Shown here: positions 1 to 9,875 of the stretch, piece after piece
Position numbering within the stretch: the stretch's first letter is position 1
Layout: every line of letters starts with the position of its first letter
Source of the DNA: Daphnia carinata
Lineage: Eukaryota
Assembly (NCBI RefSeq): GCF_022539665.2
Contig: NC_081333.1
Span: 372,001-436,000 of the forward strand
Direction of reading: 5' to 3'
DNA length: 64,000 bases
Notes under the pieces: generated by a model
Told to the model about the DNA's origin: nothing
Seen by the model: the letters and a program-made list of their open reading frames with translations, nothing else
Database searches by the model: none
Program-made: the position numbers and the translations under genes

Positions 1-157
1 TATTTGCAAAATTCGTTTCTTTCATTGTCTGTGTTAGCTTTGTTCACACATTACATTAATCAATTTTTTTTTTGGCTTTGTTTTATTTGTTTTTGTCACA
101 TTTGATGGTAAGGTGACGGGTATTGGTTTATCGTTTATCTGTAAGCATTCTATTATT

Positions 158-222
158 ATCCAGGGATCGAACCCTGGATGTTCGGCATACCTCGCCGATG
201 CTCTACCAATGAGCCACGAATC
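158..222 (-). other. tRNA-like module (degenerate tRNA or SINE-head-like; no acceptor stem)
   Basis: The minus strand reads GTGGCTCATTGGTAGAGC (A-box/D arm), TCGGC-loop-GCCGA (anticodon-like stem) and GGTTCGATCCC (B-box/T arm). Confidence 0.7.
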
Positions 223-347
223 ATATGATTTTAAGTTGGCTTTTTTTTCTAGTCACTTGTGGACTTGCATTTATACTTAGAATAAAACTGAAATGCAATT
301 CTGCAATATACTCTTGTACATTATTCTACTTCATTTTTACACATCTA

Positions 348-408
348 CTGAGGTTTGAACCCAGGGTAACAGGTATCGCAGATAAAAGCTCTACCACAGA
401 GCTAAGAA
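348..408 (-). other. tRNA-like module, second type
   Basis: The minus strand reads TAGCTCTGTGGTAGAGC...CTGGGTTCAAACC (A-box- and B-box-like); similar to 5318-5375. Confidence 0.55.
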
Positions 409-512
409 CCTTATGGAAGCTATAGAAAGATAAACATATAGTTGTGAAAAACTGCATAAACATCCAAGACGATAACATATGATATGCGATAATAAAAAAT
501 TTAAATATATCT

Positions 513-575
513 CGTGGCTCAATGTTAGAGCATCGGCGTTGCACGCTGAATGTCTGGGGATCGGTTCCCATACGA
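513..575 (+). other. tRNA-like module
   Basis: GTGGCTCAATGTTAGAGC followed by a TCGGCG-TTGCA-CGCTGA stem and a decayed T arm; inverted paralog of 158-222 and 5050-5110. Confidence 0.6.
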
Positions 576-889
576 GTAAAACAAAATACAAAATTACTTC
601 ATAAAATATCCAGATTGTTCCTTGAATCTAAGTTGAACAATTCAAAGAGTGTAATAAATAATACTTACAGACAAACGATAAACCAATGGAAACAATGCTT
701 ACCATCAAAGGTGACAAAAACAATAAAGGTGAATTAAGCAAGCTAAATATAAAAAGTGTAACGTATGAACACAGCGAATACAGACAATGAAAGAAACGAA
801 TTTTGCAAATAATATTTTATAAAAAAAATTTTATTGACAATTCTCTGCACATTACAATTATTTTTGCAACTTTAAAAAGGCACAATAGC

Positions 890-1250
890 CCTTTCAAAAG
901 TTGCCGTCAACCCAGGCAGGGGGAGACACTGCCTTGTTGACCCACCGGGGAGATTACCCGGTGATTGGCTAAGAGAAGCCGGAAGAAGAGCTGAAGATTT
1001 GGAACATTTTTACAGGAGCGATTAACCTTTAGTTCGGATTTGTGGGCAGCCACATCACCCTCCGTGAACACACATCATCGGACGAAGCGGCACCCCACGT
1101 CCCCTTTCCGGCCAGAGCCCTCCAAACCTCGGTATATGTTGTTTTTATATATACCGTACAGTAGGGGCATGACCCCCTACGGGCTTATTATGAGTCAAGG
1201 GGAAACGGGGCTTCAGAAAAGAAGGGAGCCCAGATATGCACTTCAATTTT
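890..1250 (-). repeat. Copy 1 of a GC-rich, hairpin-rich repeated element (left arm of a large inverted repeat)
   Basis: Reverse complement of ~4370-4700. Shared blocks include GAAGTGCATATCTGGGCTCCCTTCTTTTCTG, AATAAGCCCGTAGGGGGTCATGCCCCTACTGT and CCGGCTTCTCTTAGCCA...CACCGGGTAATCTCCCCGGTG. Confidence 0.85.
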
Positions 1251-1259
1251 TTTAATATC

Positions 1260-2706
1260 AAATACCGTCTGGGGAATCCGAATTAAGTATAGCAATGTCA
1301 TGTCATCCATCCAATCAATACAATTTATTCAGTGTCTTGCCCCAACCAAGAATCTTTTCAGATCCAATGTTACTATTAACCTATATTGAGAAAAGAAAAA
1401 CAACACCGTTAAACACATCAATTGTTGATCATGGAACTTACATGACTCATAGATTCAACTTCTGGTGGAAGCTTGGGAAAGGACATACAAATTGCAGATT
1501 AACTTCATTGTATAAGGCTCTTGAATGATAAACTAGCACCTGTAGAATGTTGCATTGTTGATAGTTGTGTTCCCAGTACATGAAAATCCTTTCCTATTGG
1601 ATAAAATTTTTTTTGGTAGATAAGACCTGGTTGGCAAAAAGGAGGAGAAATTCTTCGTCATAAATTCAAAATTATTTGAAGAAAAATCCTTTCATACCTA
1701 AAGAGTCCATGTATGATGTTCATCTCTGCAATAGCAGCAAAATTAAAACATCTTTAGGGCCATTTAAGTACCCAGTTTCCCCAACACTCTGAACGTAAAG
1801 GACAAGTTGTTCTTTAGACAGAGAAGCAGAATTATTTGAGGCTTCTAGCTGTGACAGAACTATAAAGGATTGCTGTTGTACTGGATTCATTAACACAAGA
1901 TGGTACTTCTCATTAGGCAATTTGCATTACTCTATTAATTTACCTCACACCTTACGGTAATGCACTCTCAGTGTTTTTTCATCTGTAGGCTCACTCTTCC
2001 ATCCTGTAACACTTCCAGACTTGATTTGATCCCCCGTTAAAATCTGTGAATGCAAAATAATAGCATTAAAAATACTTTTTCGATAGACAAAAAACCGAAA
2101 AGTACCTAATCCATGTTTCATGTTGAACTTGTGCCATTTCTGGGTTTCTGTACCACACCCATTTTCGGCCCAAATACGTTCCCACAATTGTTCAGTTCCT
2201 TCACTGCATGAGCTTATTACTAACGATTCTTTTAGTGCAGCACTAACAGAATTTAAATTTAACACACTGTCATGTGGTGGACTGAATAACTAAGCAATAA
2301 ATAATTGTTTTTTAAAATTCTATACTTATTTTGAATTCTTATTTAAAAACTTTAGGTACCTGGCTGTGTTCGCCTAATGCCAACTCATCCTCACGTTCAG
2401 TTACAGATGAGTTTTGAAAAACCTCCTTCACTGTTTGGAAACTGTTCCGTTCCAATTTGTTCTTTTCCCCTAGCTGAGCTTGAAGACTCAAAATTTGAGC
2501 TACAAAACACGAATGAATAAAAGCAAATGAATAGAATCATTACGTGTTAGGCCTACGATCCTTAGCTTTGTTATCTAATATTTTGTGTTGTTCCAATAAC
2601 TGGGCCTGCAGCTTCATAATTTGATCTAATAAACAATAATTAATAATTGAAAACCAATATAATAATGTTTATACTTACCATTTTTTTGTTTTATTATCTT
2701 ATCCAT
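1260..2706 (-). pseudogene. Decayed multi-exon gene of unknown function with a coiled-coil-like N-terminus
   Basis: An ATG near 2706 and clean GT-AG introns join MDKIIKQKN|DQIMKLQAQLLEQHKILDNKAKD|PQILSLQAQLGEKNKLE. Downstream exon-like ORFs are at 1945-2265 and 1720-1920. In-frame stops and frameshifts are present. Confidence 0.4.
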
Positions 2707-2914
2707 TTTTCAATTGTTCCTCCAGCCACGCGTTGTTCTCCAGCCACGCTACTCAATTAACTGCTAATGGGATACAATTAACTGAAATTGCTTACATGCC
2801 TGTAATAACGAAACCGACTGATAGATGGCTACGGGTAGAAAAAAGAGAAAAAAGTGCGTTTTTTTTTTTTCCGCCATTTTTTTTTTTTTTTTATGTAAAA
2901 CGGATTGCCATAAA

Positions 2915-2945
2915 AAAACGGATTGCCATAATGGCAATCCGTTTT
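2915..2945. repeat. Perfect 15-bp inverted repeat with a 1-nt spacer, plus an extra direct half-site
   Basis: AAAACGGATTGCCAT-A-ATGGCAATCCGTTTT; the half-site AAAACGGATTGCCATA also occurs at 2897-2912. Confidence 0.95.
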
Positions 2946-3149
2946 ACCCCAAAAATATAAAAAAATATCGGCCTTTTTTTTGTTTCACTGCTTTCGCCAC
3001 CTCCCGGTCAGATTTGTAGGTAATTCTCTACATACCAAATTTTTCTGTTGCATCATGCTAGCGCAGTAGCGTACAGTACTTTGCGGTTGCCAAACGTCGT
3101 CAGGCTATTTCGTCATACTGTGGTTTCACCCCATCTGTCATTTGTACCA

Positions 3150-4372
3150 ATTGTAGATATTGTCCATAACAAGTCTTCATGTTTACATTCTTGCCAGTGG
3201 TGCTGATACTTTTTTTTATCACAACCGCTTGTTTCAGCTGTTCCAAGTGAAGCATTACTTATGCAAGTACTTAAAGAGGGCTGACCATTACAAAAGAAGA
3301 GCTCATCGCGGTATGTTATGAAATGAATAGATTTTTAAAGAAGGAAAACTTTAAACCTCCCCTATTCCTCATAGATGCTGTGATGGTATGTTTGCAAAAC
3401 TGGAAAAAATTCTGTGCTATGGTGGCCTTAAGTAGGTGCTCAACATTTTGAAAAATGTGAACAGCAAAAACAGTTGGTCAGAATTCCAAACGTCAAAAGT
3501 ACTTATTTCTGGAAAATTAGTTAATCTACGTCCTGATTTTCTGCTGTTCCATCAGTCACTATGCAGTGTGTTTGAACAATGAAAGCATTCTTGAATCAGA
3601 CTGCTTCAGTTTATATCGAAAATGTACTGCTTGTCATGCCCTGTGACCAACTTCACAGGACTATGTTGTAAGTTAGTATCACTTTACAAAGCCAAATAGG
3701 TGTAACAAAATGCAATTTTGTAAATTTTTTATACAGAATTATTTTACTGCTTTGTTTCATTGTACAGCAAATTTAGATTACATGCCTAGTACGAAAGAGA
3801 TCAAGTATATTACCGAAATTGGCAATTTCCCTTTGCGACATTCAAACTCCTCAGTCTGTCATTCTGATACAGGGGTCCTGAAAGAAGTTGGAACATTTTG
3901 AACCATCTCATCCAATAAGTCTGTCTCTTTTTTTGTGCCTGGAAACCCATGATTACAACTAATTAAAATTCCATTATTGTGATATTTGCATAGGTATTAG
4001 AAAATAGGTAGTCGCTTAATGATTAGTTTCTTCACTGCCCGTCAACTTACCACCCAAGCAAGCACTTTGTCTGTCAAACCATTAGCTGAATACAGTTAAT
4101 ACCAGTAGTTCACCAAAACAAGAGGTAAAGAAGGATTGCACCGATCCTTATTGAATATATATTGATAGGCAAACATTTAAAAATTGATTCATGTTTCGTT
4201 TTCTTTAAATAGGTTAAGAATCATACTGAATCAAAAGAGGTATCTAGTCGAACCAAATTTCATAATGATAACGGTTGGAAGCCCGAAGGAATTTTTGAAA
4301 AATGCTTCCTGCCCATTACCTTCAGTCGTTGCTGCGGCCCGAAAACAAAGAATTAAAAGTTATATAAATTGA
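3150..4372 (+). pseudogene. Possible decayed multi-exon gene, divergent from 1260-2706
   Basis: Intron-like segments (GTATGT ~3311 to CATAG ~3375; TTTAAATAG ~4211) separate exon-like sequence with many stops. No recognisable domain. Confidence 0.25.
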
Positions 4373-5110
4373 AGTGCATATCTGGGCTCCCTTCTTTTCT
4401 GTGGCCCCGTTTCCCTTAAATTTTTAATAAGCCCGTAGGGGGTCATGCCCCTACTGTGATCAGCAGTAAACGGTTGTGAGTGCGCTGTCCGGAAAGGGGA
4501 CGTGGGGGTCCCCATGGTTCGATGATATCATTGGAGGGCTGTGGGGCTACCCAAAAATCCGAATTAACGGTTAATCGCTCACGTAAAAGCTTGTCCGCAA
4601 CCTTCGCTCTTCTACCGGCTTCTCTTAGCCACGCACCGGGTAATCTCCCCGGTGAGTCAACTGAGGTAGTGTCTCCCCCTACCTTGGTTGACAGCAACTT
4701 CGAAATCGGCTATTTTGCCCTTTCAAAGTTGCAAGTCTTTAACTTGTGCCGAATATTGTCAATACAAATTCTTTAAAAAAAATTTACATTTGTGTCTTTT
4801 TTACTTGCTGTTGCTCTGTCATTTTGTGGACGTATACGTTATACTTTCAATTTTTATTCTGTTTCAATTTATGGGAGAATATTTCGTTGTTAGACGACTT
4901 CAATGTCTATGGAACGATGCACTTTAATCCCACTTCATGGAGATTCTACAACTTTATGAGCATTAATGATATTGAATTGTATACATGCATTATATTTCTA
5001 ATATTACATTTTGAGTTATGTATGTTTATTTAATTTCATTTTGACTCTCTAGGGGATTGAACCTTTAATTTGTAGCGTGCGACGCTGATGCTCAACCATA
5101 GAGCCATGAA
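4370..5110 (+). repeat. Copy 2 of the structured element with AT-rich tail and tRNA-like module (right arm; pairs with ~510-1250)
   Basis: Strong inverted match of 4370-4700 to 890-1250 and a weaker match beyond. The tRNA-like module at 5050-5110 (-) matches 513-575 (+): GCGTCGCACGCT versus GCGTTGCACGCT. Confidence 0.8.
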
Positions 5111-5317
5111 TCTTGTAAATTAGTGAACTATTTTTCCATGTCTTTTGAAGCAAACCTATTTGCACTTGTAATGATATTGTTGTGCGTCCCAACGCAATCT
5201 AATATTTCCGTATCGGAATGTCACCTATAAATACAATAGAGTAATTCTTTTTTTGTACAAAGAAATATTGTCTACAGCGGGAACCATGACTCGACCCTCT
5301 TGCACATAGGATCCAGA

Positions 5318-5375
5318 CGTGACTCGAACTCTTGACTTTCGATTACCGTAGTCAGACGCTCTACCTCAGAGCTAT
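5318..5375 (-). other. tRNA-like module resembling the tRNA-Arg(ACG) anticodon arm
   Basis: The minus strand reads TAGCTCTGAGGTAGAGCGTCTGACTACGGTAATCGAAAGTCAAGAGTTCGAGTC. GCGTCTGACTACGG is characteristic of eukaryotic tRNA-Arg(ACG). No intact cloverleaf. Confidence 0.55.
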
Positions 5376-5424
5376 CAGTATTACATTATTTCCCGTAGCG
5401 TGCTAATACGATACAGCGTAACGT

Positions 5425-7380
5425 AAAATAAGAAAAAGTCGGGCTTATTTTTAAACCTGACTGTACATCAGATGGCCGTGCATGATAAGGTTAAAATAAT
5501 AGTATGTGGTATATCTTCATGCTATGATCTATATTTACCAGGTATATCTTCCCATTAGCGTGATACATAATGCTAGTAGTCTCTGTTAACTAAGTACATC
5601 AATAAACCAACAGTAAAATAACAAAACAAGCACGAAAGAAGCCACTACACCATTTCATATATGATCAAAATGCTTAAAATAATTGGCATATTAATGTTCA
5701 TTTTTTAGTTTTTGCGAAGTTGAAAAAGAAAATTACCGGAAGTGACCGAAAGTAGGCTATATCTCCAGAAATACTGGACCCACAACAAAACGAATGTGAT
5801 TTTCGTGATCCTCGTGAAATTTAAGGTGTGTCTGACCTATTTTGACCTGTTTTTGGCGAAAAGTCCAATTTGGCCAAAATCGCGATTTTTCCTGAACTAT
5901 AGTTCAGGGAAATTTGCGATTTTTGACGATTTTCGGGTATTTTCTACTGACACATGGATTCGACCCCAAATTTCATGAGGATTACGAAGATGTGGTTCTT
6001 TTTCCATTCAGACCAACAGATAGTGAGTTATTAAGCAATTTCAAACCGGAAGTTATACCGGAAGTTAAAATTTCGAAAATTTAAAAAATGAACTATGTTC
6101 TCGTTTACAAGGTACACAAGATCTGCATAGTTTCAGTCGTAAACTATAGTAAATGAACATAACATGGCCTTTCAAAGTTCGTAAAGTTCAGTTTTCAGGC
6201 ACGACATGTATACCACTTCAAAGCACTACCACACACATAATAATGGAAGCAAATGTTTCAAGTCATCCCCTTAATTTGATAGCCATCAGAATTAAGGCCA
6301 TGGTGAAACTGATACGGTTATGAGCAGAAAAAAGTAAACAGGAGATCCAATTCTTGCGGAACATTAATAGCAAATAGCACATCTTGTTAGAATTTCTTGA
6401 AGGTTTATGCCAATAAAAACTGGCCTATAAACTTAAAAACTTCTGTTACAGACTGTGAATATTTTGTTGCATTGAGAAATGAATGCTACCACGCTTGTAA
6501 CAATGGCTTTATCCAGAATGATACAACATGAGACCTGGTTTTCCAAAAGTACGTTAATATTACCTTGTTCTATGCCCAACAGCTTACATTTTGTGTTGGT
6601 AACGAAGCAGCGTAAAATTTGCACATCAATAATAGGGGTGGAGGTAAAAACAACAAGCTATTCCGACGAAGTAAACTCAAATACACGCTTTCAACGTAAC
6701 AACAAAGTAAACAATGAGAATCACATGTCAAAAATAGTTTGGATTTCAGCCGCTAGAGGCTGGTGAACTTGCAACGCCCGTCCGCTGGAAATTATGTTCG
6801 GCCAGCTTTTAAAATAAGCCCAACAAAATAAGCCCGATTTTTCAACTTTCGAAAGGCAAAACAACCCTTATGAGTGTTAGTTTTTGCAGAAACAAATTTT
6901 AAGCCCGAATAAATAAGCCAGACTTTTCTTAGGCCTTGGGCGGGGCTTATTTTCGTCGGGCTTAAAATTTGTTTCTGCAAAAAAATAATAGCATTAAATC
7001 TAAATAACTATAGATGATTCTGATTCAAAATTAACCAAGGAATACGAAAGCGGAATTTGTTTTTACGTACAATATGTAGTTTTGGAGTAATTTAAAATAT
7101 AAAATTAGTGTGTGTGCGAATCGAGATCATTACTAGCGCGCCAGTACGCTACAGCGCTAGCGTGACACATCAATGCACAAATATTAGTGTATTTCATAAA
7201 CCATCGTCTTAATGATAAAAATAACAATTTTCCCATAATCAGCATTTGATTTGGAGTATATCTATGATATTCAACCAATTCTTATGCGTGTCGTTGAAAA
7301 TCAGATTTAAAAAATTAAGCCCGACAAAATAAGCCCGACAAAATATGCACAACAAAATAAGCCCGACTCTTTCTATTTAT
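5425..7380. mobile_element. Non-autonomous DNA transposon-like segment with repeated AAAATAAGCCCGAC motifs and a probable nested insert
   Basis: AGAAAAAGTCGGGCTTATTTT (5431) is inverted relative to AAAATAAGCCCGACTCTTTCT (~7354). The motif is repeated in both orientations at 6810-6965 and 7315-7370. An internal segment at 5460-6210 has its own inverted repeat (TCGTGATCCTCGTGAAATTT / AAATTTCATGAGGATTACGA) and CCGGAAGT repeats. Confidence 0.5.
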
Positions 7381-8779
7381 TGTTTTTTTTTCAAAAACCT
7401 AAACATTGCTATAAAAATACATTTTTTTAAATTCAAAATTTTATGTTGTTGTCGAAAATCGAGTTTATTTTGACTTGGGATTTATAGTTAAAGAGTTATT
7501 TAAGATCGTTTTTGAAACACATCGAATATTTTGCTGCAACGCGCTAGCTATGGATTATGGGTATATCCACGAAACCATGGGTTATGCATGCTGTATAAAG
7601 ATTTCTTTCTCTTTGCTTCTATTTTGTTCAAATTTTACGCTGATGTCGGAAATCGAGTTCGTTTTGACATGTAGGTTAGTGAGGCAATTCCCACGGTAAT
7701 AACATTCGCGTTTTTTCAATTTATTGGTTGTTTTCTTCTAAAAACATGAAATAATGGAAAATTATACATGATTTGCATTCAACAAGAATCACGAATATTG
7801 GCTTTATTTTGGCGAGAAATATTTGGTTTTTGAAATAAACGTAAACGGCGTGCTTTCCTATGGGAATTACCACTTACTAGTCACGTTCTGTTAATAAAAC
7901 AGTTCTGCCCAGATTGTATAGACTGTAAAGACTTTCGGTTGAACGGACGGGAACTTTAAATCCAATAATCTACGCTATGGTTTTCAATGTGTTTATTTTT
8001 AGGTCACTCATTTTATATTAGTTATTTAATAATTAAATTTACCTCTTTCACAATACTGTGTTCTAATGGTTTATTTTGTCAGCCTGAGAATATTTCCCCA
8101 CGTTAAACTATGTCAAGTAGATTTCTGCCAGCAGAAGTGATCAGAGTTTCACTATCTATACAATAAAAATTAAAAAAATAAACATTAATTAATGCAATTT
8201 TTTGAATACACCTAAATACCCTTCAGGCTATTGGTTCCTGTTCAGGACGAAGATAGAACAATTTAACAAGTAAATTTTCTATATGTTCAAAGGTTCTTTC
8301 ATCTGCCTTATTCACTGGTACTTTCTGACCGTCATGCAGCAGTAGTTCTTTCAGCCATGTCTGTATAAGAAAGTGTAATTCAATACTCTTAGATTTTAAC
8401 TTTTCAAGGCCTATGAGTGTCAACGATAATTTGTAACTAAACTACACAATTTACTTCAGGCTGGTGTTCACTTGACTTGATGAATTTCAGTGCCAAGCCT
8501 GGCCCTGTGACAGTGGTGACGCTATTAGGCCAGCCAATAGGTTCTCTCTCTCAACTGGTGTTTTACTTATTTCCCTAAAGAAAACCAAATTCGTTATAAA
8601 GTGATTTGGTAACCGCTGTTACGTAGGAGCTTGAATGATTTTGTGCGAATGATTCATAACCTAAAACGTTGGGACAGAAGCAAACGTAAAATTCTGTTAG
8701 GGTTAAAAAAAGTGACCATGTCACTGGACTTCTATAGAACGTCACTCTGGAAAACGTGACCTTACCGACGTTGCTTCTA

Positions 8780-8850
8780 CAGTGCCGGTCCAGTTATAGA
8801 ACCGGCCTGTGCGCGGTTCTATAACTGAATGGTTCTATAACCGAGCAGCC
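8780..8850 (+). mobile_element. Solo or partial terminal repeat of the MITE family at 9084
   Basis: TA|CAGTGCCGGTCCA start, followed by the hairpin CAGTTATAGAACCG...CGGTTCTATAACTG (8791-8828). Confidence 0.7.
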
Positions 8851-9083
8851 GATCTCAGAGCCACCTATCGTCGATTCTTTCATCACACAGATTTTGACAG
8901 TATGTGAATGTAAAAGCGAATAGCACAGGGATAGTGCTGATCTCTATGCAACTACCCAGAATAGGGGGAAGGGGGTTCTTATATTAGAATTTAATACCTC
9001 AACCATTCCTGCATTATTTTACCAACAATAAGGTTCTACCACAAAGAGAATGCCCCATCAACGATTGGTCATTATATAAGATA

Positions 9084-9557
9084 CAGTGCCGGTCCACTTC
9101 TAGAAACCCTTAGCTATGGAACCGGCTCGGTTATCGAACCGATTTTTATTTCCCCTGTTTCAGCGCCCATAATTAATAAATGGAAAAAAACAAAACGACA
9201 CGAAAAGTGTCATTTTGTAATACAGTTATTTAAAAATTCTGATAACATTAAAAGGCAAAGAGAAAAGCAGCACGATAAGTCATTTGTTTTATTGTTTTCC
9301 GCCTGAATTCGTTTGGAAGGCTATTATTTTACGTAAAGTCATTAAGCCAATTTGTACTATTGTCTAAAATTGCTAAAACCAATTTCAATAACATGTGCTT
9401 GTACGTTTTAAAATGCGTAATCCGTACGTTCGAACCCAAAAATATGGATTTAGTTCAAAATACAGCCAATGGCGGCGCTGAAACACGGCAAGGAAAAATC
9501 GGTTCGATAACCGAGCTGGTTCTATAGCTAAGCGGTTCTATAAGTGGACCGGCACTG
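9084..9557. mobile_element. MITE, Tc1/mariner-type, about 474 bp with ~85-bp imperfect TIRs and TA flanks
   Basis: TA|CAGTGCCGGTCCACTT...CTCGGTTATCGAACCGATTTTT at the left end, and AAAAATCGGTTCGATAACCGAG...AAGTGGACCGGCACTG|TA at the right end. AT-rich non-coding interior. Confidence 0.9.
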
Positions 9558-9875
9558 TACCGATTCTTCTTTTAGTTCCATATGATTTCCAACGGTTGAG
9601 AAGTAAATTCTGTCGCTAACACATCATATTACAAATAAACTGTACGTAGGTTGCACACAAAAAAAAACAACAAACAAAAGTAACATTAAATTTCGAAGAA
9701 GTGTGCATCACCTATTAGCAAGGCTGAAAGACGAATGTTAAAGCATTTGTGCATTGAATTTGAGTTAATGAAACTGTTAGAAAAGAATTTCACGTGCGGC
9801 AGAAAAGGGACAGTAAAAACACGAAGCGGAAACGAACATGGTAAAAGGAAAACAAACAGAACGGGGAATTCTAGT

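Larger units (their letters stand above)
1..811. repeat. Diverged inverted repeat: 1-~225 pairs with ~510-811
   Basis: TATTTGCAAAATTCGTTTCTTTCATTGTCTG at 1 is the reverse complement of CAGACAATGAAAGAAACGAATTTTGCAAATA at 781-811. ATTGGTTTATCGTTT (122) pairs with AAACGATAAACCAAT (~673). The tRNA-like modules at 158-222 (-) and 513-575 (+) also mirror each other. Confidence 0.85.

Noticed and set aside
890..1250. Hammerhead ribozyme / Penelope-like element interpretation
   Set aside because: No CTGANGA...GAAA core is conserved in both copies, and no RT or GIY-YIG motif is visible.
158..5375. Functional tRNA genes
   Set aside because: Acceptor stems are missing and anticodon loops are non-canonical, so these are reported only as tRNA-like modules.
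6790..7380. CRISPR-like repeat array
   Set aside because: Eukaryotic context, irregular spacing, mixed orientation and no cas genes; better explained as transposon subterminal repeats.
7672..7880. Possible small MITE (AATTCCCA / TGGGAATT ends)
   Set aside because: The inverted match is short and imperfect, and no target-site duplication is clear.
8223..8423. Minus-strand 66-aa ORF
   Set aside because: Isolated, with no recognisable motif, in a repeat-rich context.
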